From IMG/VR virus record IMGVR_UViG_3300035703_004076, positions 4,181-68,180 of that record: a stretch of 64,000 nt of DNA, one strand, 5' to 3'. The notes under the pieces are model-generated. The model was not told the origin of the DNA and made no database searches. It saw only the letters and a program-made list of their open reading frames with translations. This DNA comes from a virus. Both the position numbers and the translations under genes were made by a program. Below, piece by piece: positions 54,680-62,102 of the stretch; within the stretch, counting starts at the first letter, position 1; every line of letters begins with the position of its first letter.

Positions 54680-55105
54680 ATGAGCGAAATAAACATCAAC
54701 GGCGAAACCCGAGACGTATCTGAACAACACGATGATCAGCGAGAACAGCGACGCCCTCGCGGTCGCCCTCGCGGTCGTAAGCCACGCGGTTTCGGTAATT
54801 ATCAGGGAGCACAGACAAGCACTCACGCAACTCTGAAAATTACAGGTCGCCCAAAGAGTCTAGCTGCACATCGCAAATGGCAGAGAGATTGGGTGATGCC
54901 GCAATTCGTGTTGAGCAGACGACAAGCACAGGATATGCTACTAAAGTACCTGCGTAGCAAGCCAGGAAAGTCCGCGTTGCTATCTGTGATTGAAGATGGT
55001 TTCGTCGGCTTGTCGAAACTACCCGATAACAAACTTGGCGAGTTTCTTGTTAGCACAAACCTGCTGTCAAGATACCCACACGAGATTGTTATTAGAGGTG
55101 CTTAG
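54680..55105 (+). CDS. AT-hook-containing putative DNA-binding protein
   Basis: RRPRGRPRGRKPRG; SD GGAG before MSEI. Confidence 0.7.
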   Translation: MSEININGETRDVSEQHDDQREQRRPRGRPRGRKPRGFGNYQGAQTSTHATLKITGRPKSLAAHRKWQRDWVMPQFVLSRRQAQDMLLKYLRSKPGKSALLSVIEDGFVGLSKLPDNKLGEFLVSTNLLSRYPHEIVIRGA

Positions 55106-55168
55106 TGTGTAATTGAAGGATCACTTTGCTGGCATCAGCAGGGTGATCCATTTTAGAATGGAGGTTTT

Positions 55169-55447
55169 ATGAAGCGTCGTGACCAAGCCACAGTGGAACA
55201 ATTAGCAATCGAATTCCGTCAACTCGATGAAGAGAGACTAGAGCTGGACAGAAGGTGTAGATTTCTCAAGAAACGTATGCACCTGCTGCAAGCGGATATA
55301 CAAGAGTATATTGGAGTCGCAGACAAACTAGACGTGCCACTGGTCACTCGCATTGGCAAGTTCTTCATCACACAGATTAAAAAGCACAGATTTGTGGAGG
55401 CGTATGAGTGTAACTTCGTAGAGTTTAAGATCGTAGAAGAGGGCTAG
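55169..55447 (+). CDS. Coiled-coil + beta-hairpin small protein
   Basis: SD GGAGG; preceded by a 14-bp hairpin at 55118-55149 whose G-U pairs favour the plus strand. Confidence 0.72.
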   Translation: MKRRDQATVEQLAIEFRQLDEERLELDRRCRFLKKRMHLLQADIQEYIGVADKLDVPLVTRIGKFFITQIKKHRFVEAYECNFVEFKIVEEG

Positions 55448-55662
55448 CACATACAGATTTTATTACCCCAACGGCGATGCGTATGAAATACCAATTCAAC
55501 AACAGCTTCTTCAAGTGTCAGAAACTTGCAACTGTACTCAGCACCATTTGGGTACGCAACGAAGAAACTCTCAACATCATCGAATTCAATTTGCCCGATA
55601 CACTCTTGGTTGAGATTGATGTACCAGACACTCTCTTCGATTTCTATTTGGAAATTCTGCAT
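55444..55662 (-). CDS. Small acidic beta protein
   Basis: Start MQNF, 8 nt after GAGGGGGC. Confidence 0.65.
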   Translation of the reverse strand: MQNFQIEIEESVWYINLNQECIGQIEFDDVESFFVAYPNGAEYSCKFLTLEEAVVELVFHTHRRWGNKICMC

Positions 55663-55665
55663 AGT

Positions 55666-55807
55666 AAAAAGCCCCCTCGACCTTCGTGCTCGGAGTGTTG
55701 TGGGAGGGGGCGACCACAACTAGGAGTTTCATCTGAAAAGAAAATGCCCCCTCAGAGGTTTGACCCTCTTGTTTTACTTCTCACCAGCAGGAGGGGGCGG
55801 CTACTGG
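55666..55807 (-). ncRNA. Candidate tandem pseudoknot cis-regulatory RNA
   Basis: Two units, each a 7-bp hairpin with loop YCGCCCCCUC and a downstream GAGGGGGC followed by a U-run. Confidence 0.5.
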
Positions 55808-55853
55808 CGCGGTTTCTTAGTAAAGGTGCGGCTTTACTACATCAAGGAGTGTA

Positions 55854-56120
55854 TTACGATAGAGATGCACCCTGTGAAACCGTCGTACTGTCTGCGATTA
55901 ATGGCTGGAGCGTATATGCACCGCGTCCTGAACGGAAGACCTTGTTGTTAAACAGCCATGTTGCTTCAGCTTGGGTACGGCCCGTAGACTGAAGGAATGC
56001 GATTACTTGTTTTCGTGTTACAATAACGCCTAACTTCTCAACAAACTCAAGAACAAGAGCTTGGCGTTGGCCTGGGTTACGTCCCCAGAGTGAAGCGTCA
56101 GTAGTATTAAGGCTAACCAT
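55854..56120 (-). CDS. Winged-helix-like small protein (..GRG.Y.L)
   Basis: VTRKQV...WL....R.GRGAY.L pattern; SD GGAG. Confidence 0.6.
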   Translation of the reverse strand: MVSLNTTDASLWGRNPGQRQALVLEFVEKLGVIVTRKQVIAFLQSTGRTQAEATWLFNNKVFRSGRGAYTLQPLIADSTTVSQGASLS

Positions 56121-56142
56121 TTTATGTTTCTCCAATTATAGG

Positions 56143-56541
56143 TTACACGTTAATAGGCAAATCATCATCCGATTTGGTTGCGTCAACAGGAAAGTCAACG
56201 ACCAGTGGATCTCCCTTCTTCAGGTGGGGTTTTGCAAATAGCATCGGCTCCGGATACTTCTCGTTCGGGTCGCCTACACCAGTTACAGTTACCTTCAAAG
56301 AGACTTGTGCGTTTACACCATCTTTAGTAAACATATCGAATAGCTTCTCTGAAAAGCCAGAAAAGTAGACGGTGCCAAAATTAGAGTCTTTAACGATGAG
56401 CTTGGCGAGCATCGCAGAACGCATCTGCCCTCTTATTAGCATCGGTGTGCTCTTACACATCACGACATCGGCGCGGTCGAGCATAATCACGACTCGCTTG
56501 CCTTCTTTTACCAATTTCATCACTTCGTCACGATTCATCAT
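56143..56541 (-). CDS. Possible OB-fold protein with acidic C-tail (DDDLPINV)
   Basis: Beta-rich core; own promoter. Confidence 0.6.
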   Translation of the reverse strand: MMNRDEVMKLVKEGKRVVIMLDRADVVMCKSTPMLIRGQMRSAMLAKLIVKDSNFGTVYFSGFSEKLFDMFTKDGVNAQVSLKVTVTGVGDPNEKYPEPMLFAKPHLKKGDPLVVDFPVDATKSDDDLPINV

Positions 56542-56560
56542 AAAATCATCAGCTCGTAAA

Positions 56561-56592
56561 ATTATACTAACAGGGAATGGTTGTGGTTGCAA
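56561..56592 (-). promoter_or_regulatory. sigma70-like promoter TTGCAA-N17-TAGTAT(AAT) with extended TG
   Basis: Seen in sequence. Confidence 0.6.
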
Positions 56593-56597
56593 AGACA

Positions 56598-56620
56598 AAA
56601 TGCCTTTGGGCACCTTTTTT
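56598..56620. terminator. Intrinsic terminator-like hairpin
   Basis: AATGCC-TTTG-GGCACC flanked by A- and T-runs. Confidence 0.55.
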
Positions 56621-56634
56621 GCAATCCACGTGGA

Positions 56635-56844
56635 TTAGCGAGTACGCCTCGAATGTGGATTCAAACGAAACTCCTCCGCAAGAACAGCACACAACTCTTT
56701 GCTGACGCGGAATGCGCCGTCTTGCCAACCAAACAGGTTGTACAGAGACAACAAGGACTGTAGCGAGGCCTTGTAGACTGCAAGAATCCGAAGCTGGTCT
56801 TCGGTGTTGTGGAAGTATGGTTTTGTCTCGGTTTCAGTATTCAT
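56635..56844 (-). CDS. Hypothetical protein
   Basis: Start MNTE with SD GGAG. Confidence 0.65.
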   Translation of the reverse strand: MNTETETKPYFHNTEDQLRILAVYKASLQSLLSLYNLFGWQDGAFRVSKELCAVLAEEFRLNPHSRRTR

Positions 56845-56857
56845 AGTCACTCCAAAA

Positions 56858-57187
56858 TTAAGCGGCATACTCAGTGTTACGTTTTCCAAAGATGACGGTC
56901 GAACACTCGACACGGATCTGTGGGGTCACTTGCTTGACTGTAGACACGAAGATTCCTGGTTCAAACGCACGAGCCTTGAGCAACTCGATACGGTCAGCCT
57001 CGGGAATACGAAACTCCGCGATAATGCTTCCGTAGTTCAACTCAGCGACAACTCGGCCAGGCCGGTCGTCGATAATCTTGGTGATCATTCCATAAAGTGG
57101 ATACGAATGTCCCACTTCCACGTCGCCGTACTTGATTACAGCGTCACCCTTGGCCAAAGATTCTCTGATGTTTTCCAAATTACTCAT
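56858..57187 (-). CDS. Hypothetical beta-rich protein
   Basis: SD AGGAG. Confidence 0.7.
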   Translation of the reverse strand: MSNLENIRESLAKGDAVIKYGDVEVGHSYPLYGMITKIIDDRPGRVVAELNYGSIIAEFRIPEADRIELLKARAFEPGIFVSTVKQVTPQIRVECSTVIFGKRNTEYAA

Positions 57188-57198
57188 ACACACTCCTA

Positions 57199-57486
57199 TT
57201 ACGATTCGATTAATTCTACTACATGACGGCCAGGCTCACCCAAGTGGGCACTCTCTGTGTTGTGATTCAAGTGAGTGTAAACCCAAGGCTTGTATCGCTT
57301 GTACTGCTCACCATATCCAAGTTGCTTCCACGTTAGGGTCATGGTTCTGTCGAGCTTGATGATGTGGTTGAAGTCCTCACCATTCTTGTCGGGGATACTC
57401 TCGACTATTGTCCCTGTGTAAGGGAACTTGCTAGCCCAGATTCCACTAACTCGTTTTCCAACTAGGTTCTGCTTGAATACGCTCAT
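57199..57486 (-). CDS. Hypothetical protein
   Basis: SD AGGAG. Confidence 0.7.
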   Translation of the reverse strand: MSVFKQNLVGKRVSGIWASKFPYTGTIVESIPDKNGEDFNHIIKLDRTMTLTWKQLGYGEQYKRYKPWVYTHLNHNTESAHLGEPGRHVVELIES

Positions 57487-57487
57487 A

Positions 57488-57679
57488 CTATTCTCCTATA
57501 GACTCCAAAATCTCGATACGGGCTAACAACTCGATAATCGCTGCGGCATGCTCCGCTACTGGACGCAACACCTCCTTGTTCTTGATGCCCTCGTTAGTCA
57601 ACTCGATGAAGCGAGCATAGTGGCGGTTTCGCTCAGTGACGTGAAACTCCAACTTTTCTCGCATCTCAGTTACGTTCAT
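57488..57679 (-). CDS. Small helical protein, first gene of the early operon
   Basis: ORF track. Confidence 0.65.
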   Translation of the reverse strand: MNVTEMREKLEFHVTERNRHYARFIELTNEGIKNKEVLRPVAEHAAAIIELLARIEILESIGE

Positions 57680-57704
57680 AATTCAGCTACTTACTCAAAA
57701 TTCG

Positions 57705-57874
57705 GAAGATAGGAGGGGCACGATCCCTCAACTCTTTTGATCAACGATGGATCAGATCGTTGAAGAGTCCAACCTAGCCTTGCTCAGTCTGCTTACGCAT
57801 GATTTGGAAGGATCAGTTCCATTTCAACTGAGGGTTGCAATCCTCATAAGTGACGCTCGTTAGAGCCATCTCTC
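57705..57874 (-). ncRNA. Candidate structured leader/ncRNA with two CUGAUCC-loop hairpins
   Basis: UGGAA-CUGAUCC-UUCCA and CAACGAU-CUGAUCC-AUCGUUG; GUAA tetraloop; further stems. Confidence 0.55.
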
Positions 57875-57909
57875 AATTATAGTATCTCAAAAAACCACAT
57901 GGATTGCAA
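57869..57909 (-). promoter_or_regulatory. Early sigma70-like promoter TTGCAA-N17-GATACT(ATAAT)
   Basis: Twin of 54131-54171. Confidence 0.75.
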
Positions 57910-58715
57910 GAACTATTTTCCATGCTAAGTTGGTCTGGACTACGAAAAACTCGTAGTTTTTTCTATAGCGGTTTCAGTAGCTTACAACACGCATATTCAA
58001 TAGAACCACCGTGTCTGTGTCTATGCTCAGAATCGAGCTACCAATTTAATGGATTGGTTTCATGCAAGCGAGTGAAGACCACCCTAATGTTAAGGAACGC
58101 AGGCACCACCTTTGGCGGACAACCCGCAACGCCACCCAAAAGTGTCAATATGAAAACGAACTGAAGACGCGGCACCTCCTATCACACTGGTGGACTCCGC
58201 AGCCCTCGGTGCCTTGCACCTTATAATTAAATTCTAAATTTTAATTTCGTTATATTATTTTTTGGATTCACCCGAGGCACCGCCCACATCGGACTCCACC
58301 TGTAGCACCTTCAACTGATCTACGGTAGGTTTCTCAATGAGCTTAGTAGAGACAAAGGTCATAGTCTCACGAAACGATTCAAGACCCGCCTCAGTAGGCA
58401 CAAAATCTCGAAAGAACTGCTCTTTAGTGGCCTTCGGAAAAAGGTTTCTGTAGTTCAGAAAGAGGAGAGACCATGTAACGGTTTGACACCGTTCAAAAAA
58501 CAGCGGAAGATTTTTTTCGAGAGTAGAAGGAAGGAGCCGAAGCGAGCGAAGGTTTTCTGGAACCTCAAGGCGAATTTCCACGGTGCGATGGTCGAAAATT
58601 GTTACCAGATCCTTGATATTTTTATTCAGGTTCACGCTTAGTCACCCTCGGAATCCATATTTTTACGACTTTTTTAATAGGCTCAAAAATGGCACGGTTT
58701 TCAACTTTTCTCTAT

Positions 58716-59015
58716 TTAGGATCTATCTCTCTTTTCCTTCTGTGTCCGCTGGTGCGTGAACCCCTTCACTTCAACTCTCAGTATCGTATAGCATGGATAC
58801 TTAATATCACTCGCTTTCATGTTATGTACTGTCTTAAAGTAGTCTACTACTCGTACTACTTCACCTACTGGCGTGTTCTCATAGAACTTTATGTAGAGGT
58901 GTTCACGTCCTGTTGGCGTGTGGAACATGACATCACGCTCTTCTATGAATGAATACTCACGGATGTGGTTTTTGATAGCCGGCTCGTTTAACTTTGCTGT
59001 GATGATGTCTTTCAT
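58716..59015 (-). CDS. Paralog-array member (divergent)
   Basis: IKFYENTP....RV.DYF pattern; CATACATA 7 nt upstream. Confidence 0.65.
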   Translation of the reverse strand: MKDIITAKLNEPAIKNHIREYSFIEERDVMFHTPTGREHLYIKFYENTPVGEVVRVVDYFKTVHNMKASDIKYPCYTILRVEVKGFTHQRTQKEKRDRS

Positions 59016-59048
59016 ATAACTCTATGTATGCGTCCCACTAGCTATGGA

Positions 59049-59462
59049 CTACACACCTTTTAAGTCTGGATACAACACGTCAATCAAGCTACTTACGCTA
59101 TCTTCTGTGTCGGTGTTTGTCTTGTTGAGCGTTCGTGCTATCTGGTTATGAGTAAGTTGTGGATACTGTTTGCGTACTGCATCTGATACGTTCTTCATAG
59201 CGATGGCATAGTTTGATCCAGATGTGATGTTGAGCTGTGATGTGTGTGATAAGTGTGTTGTAATCAGTGTTTTTATCAGTTGACGTAAAGTTTGATAATC
59301 GTGTGTTCTGGCTTTGAACTGTTGTAGAAACTCTTGTGCTGCTTGTGGATTGGACTGTTCGAGTTGCTTGTATCTGTTCTTGGCTGCGAGGTTACGGCCT
59401 AGTATCTCTCCTGGCTCAAGAGCTTCTGCGAGTGTGGAAATGTACTGCGTAAAGCGTTTCAT
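59049..59462 (-). CDS. Putative internal head protein (MKRFTQYISTLAE)
   Basis: CTS-like N-terminus; late-like CATACATA at 59470-59477. Confidence 0.6.
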   Translation of the reverse strand: MKRFTQYISTLAEALEPGEILGRNLAAKNRYKQLEQSNPQAAQEFLQQFKARTHDYQTLRQLIKTLITTHLSHTSQLNITSGSNYAIAMKNVSDAVRKQYPQLTHNQIARTLNKTNTDTEDSVSSLIDVLYPDLKGV

Positions 59463-59497
59463 ATAGCTTTATGTATGCTACTCTGTACTGTGTATGG

Positions 59498-59680
59498 TTA
59501 CTCGTCTCGTTGCTGCGTTTGCTCTTGGTTTCGTGCTATCTGTAGTTGTTGCTGTAGCTGCTCAAGCTGTGCGTTGAGGAACATGACTCTGTGTGGATCT
59601 GTAGGTGCGTGAGCAAGCTGTAGTCTCACTCGTGCTATCTCTTCTTCAAGTGCTTTCACTGTGGATTTGGTTCGTATCAT
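59498..59680 (-). CDS. Small coiled-coil protein
   Basis: ATGA overlap. Confidence 0.65.
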   Translation of the reverse strand: MIRTKSTVKALEEEIARVRLQLAHAPTDPHRVMFLNAQLEQLQQQLQIARNQEQTQQRDE

Positions 59681-59919
59681 AGGTGTGTTACCTTTATGGC
59701 TATGTCGTAGACTATGAGGCCTATATCGTACCCGACGATGTGTGTCTCGTAGTTGTATGTGGATTGGATATACTGCTGTACTTTGACTGCTCTTGCTCGT
59801 GATGCTACATCTTCATACAAGGCTATGGAGATGGTCGTTCTCTGTGGATTGATCTCATACGTCAAGAGCTTCATACGTTGCGCTTCATCGAGTTCTGCTG
59901 TGAGTGATGCAGTTATCAT
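59677..59919 (-). CDS. Paralog-array member
   Basis: LTAELDEAQRMKLLTY...QYIQSTYNYET. Confidence 0.7.
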   Translation of the reverse strand: MITASLTAELDEAQRMKLLTYEINPQRTTISIALYEDVASRARAVKVQQYIQSTYNYETHIVGYDIGLIVYDIAIKVTHL

Positions 59920-60170
59920 GGTCTGTTGAGTGTGTAAAGAATGAGTACATCAAATGTGGAAACTGTTGTGTCTTTGATAGACTCACACTGTGTCTCTAAG
60001 TATGTTGTGAGTGTCTGTGCTATCTGTGGACTTAACGGTCTGTTTGGCGTAAAGCGAACGTACTGTGTGTTGAGTCCTGCTGAGAGATGGCGAACGTCTC
60101 GTATGATGCCAGCTTTCTCTGCTGCGTAAATGTCGTCGATGAGTCTCAAGAGTGATGTTTTCTTAGTCAT
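59916..60170 (-). CDS. Paralog-array member
   Basis: Start MTKK; LIDDI.AAE..GII...L.TYLETQC. Confidence 0.7.
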   Translation of the reverse strand: MTKKTSLLRLIDDIYAAEKAGIIRDVRHLSAGLNTQYVRFTPNRPLSPQIAQTLTTYLETQCESIKDTTVSTFDVLILYTLNRP

Positions 60171-60426
60171 GGTTCGTCGGCCACTGCCAGTGTACTTGTG
60201 GCTGTAACGTATAAAAGATACACATCTTCTTTTTGCGTGGACTGAGGCTCGTTTTGTAGCCGTAGCACTGTTCAAGGTGCTGACAGAGAGCGTGTTTGTT
60301 CTCGTCAGGAATGGATCCATGAAAGATGAGAAGCGTCATCGTACTGAAGTGGTGAACGTGTGTGATAAGGCGGCGTCTCAGTGCAAGTCTGAGTGCAGTT
60401 TCAATGTGCTCAGGTATCATAGACAC
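60163..60426 (-). CDS. Paralog-array member
   Basis: L.LA.RRRLIT...L.QHLEQ.YGYKT. Confidence 0.7.
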   Translation of the reverse strand: MSMIPEHIETALRLALRRRLITHVHHFSTMTLLIFHGSIPDENKHALCQHLEQCYGYKTSLSPRKKKMCIFYTLQPQVHWQWPTNHD

Positions 60427-60620
60427 TCATCTTCAATGAACGTTTTAAGATCTCGTTCTAGCTCTTTGATTTCTCGTTTAAGAAACTCTATCTCTTCGTC
60501 TCGTGCGTGGTAGCCTGCGAGGAACCCGATACGCAACCCGTGTTCGTATGTTTCGCTGCCTGTCGTTTCATTGTTGACACACTCTTCTGCCAATTCTTCA
60601 GGTGTTTTTTTCTTGTTCAT
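60417..60620 (-). CDS. KTPEELA...FLAGY family protein
   Basis: Paralog of the adjacent gene. Confidence 0.7.
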   Translation of the reverse strand: MNKKKTPEELAEECVNNETTGSETYEHGLRIGFLAGYHARDEEIEFLKREIKELERDLKTFIEDECL

Positions 60621-60955
60621 ACTTTTCTTACCCACCCTTTGCCATCAATCCATTCTATATTAGCATCAGTGAACGTAGCGATCTCTTGTCGCATCTTCGC
60701 TGTTTTTTCATGAGCAAGCTGTGTCATGTACATCGCATACAAGTGTAGTGCTTGATCACTTGTGTCTGACATCTCTTGGGGTAGAAACTGATTGCTATTG
60801 TTTTGTTGATTTTGATACTTCGCCGAATAGTAGCCAGCCAGAAACATCTTCATTTCTAGTGCGTGCCGATCTTCTGCTGTGCAGATTGGATCTACAGGTT
60901 GCTGCAACTCAATAAACTGGTGTGCTAACTCTTCAGGTGTTTTTGTCTTGTTCAT
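60617..60955 (-). CDS. KTPEELA...FLAGY family protein
   Basis: MNKTKTPEELA...MFLAGY. Confidence 0.7.
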   Translation of the reverse strand: MNKTKTPEELAHQFIELQQPVDPICTAEDRHALEMKMFLAGYYSAKYQNQQNNSNQFLPQEMSDTSDQALHLYAMYMTQLAHEKTAKMRQEIATFTDANIEWIDGKGWVRKV

Positions 60956-61203
60956 ACTTTGTACCGTATACTGACTCCATCAGGGAATACTTCTGCATAC
61001 TCAACATCTTCACACCGTGTTTGAAGGTATGTGCGGAGCTTTGCTACATTGTCTACACTCATTAGTTGGGTGGTGTTGAACGTGGTGATATTAGAACGAC
61101 TCTCATCGCATGGATAAGTTCTGAGGTTGCGAATAAGATCACTGTGTCGTGCAATTCTAATGTCTGCAAGTAAGTGTGTTATTGGTATTTTTGCTTTGTT
61201 CAT
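60952..61203 (-). CDS. Paralog-array member (recent duplicate of 61200-61448)
   Basis: TYPCD, MSVD.V.KLR.YL.T.C, IRYKV shared. Confidence 0.75.
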   Translation of the reverse strand: MNKAKIPITHLLADIRIARHSDLIRNLRTYPCDESRSNITTFNTTQLMSVDNVAKLRTYLQTRCEDVEYAEVFPDGVSIRYKV

Positions 61204-61448
61204 ACTTTGTACCGTATTCTAACTACATCAGGCCATATGGCGACGTGCTCAATATCTTGGCATTGTGTTTCAAGATATATGCGGAGCTTTGTGACTATAT
61301 CTACACTCATTACTTGAGTGTTAAATGCGATAATGTTACAGCGACCATCATCACATGGATAGGTTTTGACGTTGTAAACAATATCACGTTCTTGTGCAAT
61401 CATAATGTCTGCAACCAGGTTGGTTAGTGATATTTTTGGTTTGTTCAT
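61200..61448 (-). CDS. Paralog-array member
   Basis: Same motifs as 60952-61203. Confidence 0.75.
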   Translation of the reverse strand: MNKPKISLTNLVADIMIAQERDIVYNVKTYPCDDGRCNIIAFNTQVMSVDIVTKLRIYLETQCQDIEHVAIWPDVVRIRYKV

Positions 61449-61463
61449 ATGGTAGCTATGTGC

Positions 61464-61652
61464 TTAATCATCTTCATTCTCACACTCTTGATCGAGTATT
61501 ACACAAGGTATGTTTTTGCCAAAAAAGCCGTAAGTATCTTCTTCAATTCGATCAACAGATTTAATGTTTCCAGTTTGGTGATGTGAACGATAGAACACTT
61601 CAACATCTTCAGGTAGCGACTGTAACAATTTAATCAACTCTCTAACTTTCAT
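61464..61652 (-). CDS. Conserved small phage protein (MKVRELI..L..LP.D.EV)
   Basis: Common phage motif. Confidence 0.7.
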   Translation of the reverse strand: MKVRELIKLLQSLPEDVEVFYRSHHQTGNIKSVDRIEEDTYGFFGKNIPCVILDQECENEDD

Positions 61653-61657
61653 AGCAC

Positions 61658-61894
61658 CTACTTTTTAGGAAACGTAATTTTAACCAACCCATTTTCGATG
61701 AGCGCATCAATGATGTAGGCGAGAGTTTCGCCATTGTCGCCGTCACCACCCACTCGTAGTTGCAGTGCATCATCAAAGTGATCAAATGCCATATCAGCAA
61801 TACGCCTCACTAGCTCTTCTGATTCTGGCTCATGGTCTACACCATCACTCCAACGATCATCAATGATGGGGGCTGGCATTTTTGGCTTATTCAT
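61658..61894 (-). CDS. Conserved phage protein (RW..G.DH.P.S....GGDGDNGE.L.Y)
   Basis: Start MNKP directly after a promoter (leaderless). Confidence 0.72.
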   Translation of the reverse strand: MNKPKMPAPIIDDRWSDGVDHEPESEELVRRIADMAFDHFDDALQLRVGGDGDNGETLAYIIDALIENGLVKITFPKK

Positions 61895-61900
61895 AATTCT

Positions 61901-61929
61901 AGTATACTTCAAATATACTGAATTGTCAA
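61901..61929 (-). promoter_or_regulatory. Near-consensus sigma70 promoter TTGACA-N17-TATACT
   Basis: ATG lies 6 nt downstream of the -10 box. Confidence 0.8.
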
Positions 61930-62102
61930 TCATCAAGTGATTCCAATCCAAGAACTTTTGCTGCCTCTGCACATAACTCTCGTCCACGGTCTTGTGTGGA
62001 GTCCGTTTCGTGTGTGGCTTCTGCATATATCTCCGCAATTCGGCGCCACGTGCAGCCAATGTCTCGCAGTGCTTTGATGAGCGTTGCTTCAAGACGTGTC
62101 AT
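61926..62102 (-). CDS. 58-aa protein (TWRRIAE...Q..G.ELC..AA..LG), not in the ORF track
   Basis: ATGA overlap with the upstream gene; replaces the spurious 5' extension of the 144-aa ORF. Confidence 0.7.
   Translation of the reverse strand: MTRLEATLIKALRDIGCTWRRIAEIYAEATHETDSTQDRGRELCAEAAKVLGLESLDD

Noticed and set aside
55666-55807. HDV-like/theta ribozyme reading of the pseudoknots
   Set aside because: No room for P3/L3 between the P2 strand and P1', and no adjacent tRNA
58255-58635. 126-aa ORF
   Set aside because: GTG start without SD, A/T-tract-driven composition, no motif; not listed as CDS, though an upstream CTAAATA (58713-58719) leaves it possible
61895-62092. 5' extension of the 144-aa ORF in the track (similar extensions at 43901-44110, 53615-53740, 60171-60320)
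   Set aside because: Each overlaps a better gene in another frame; starts were reassigned
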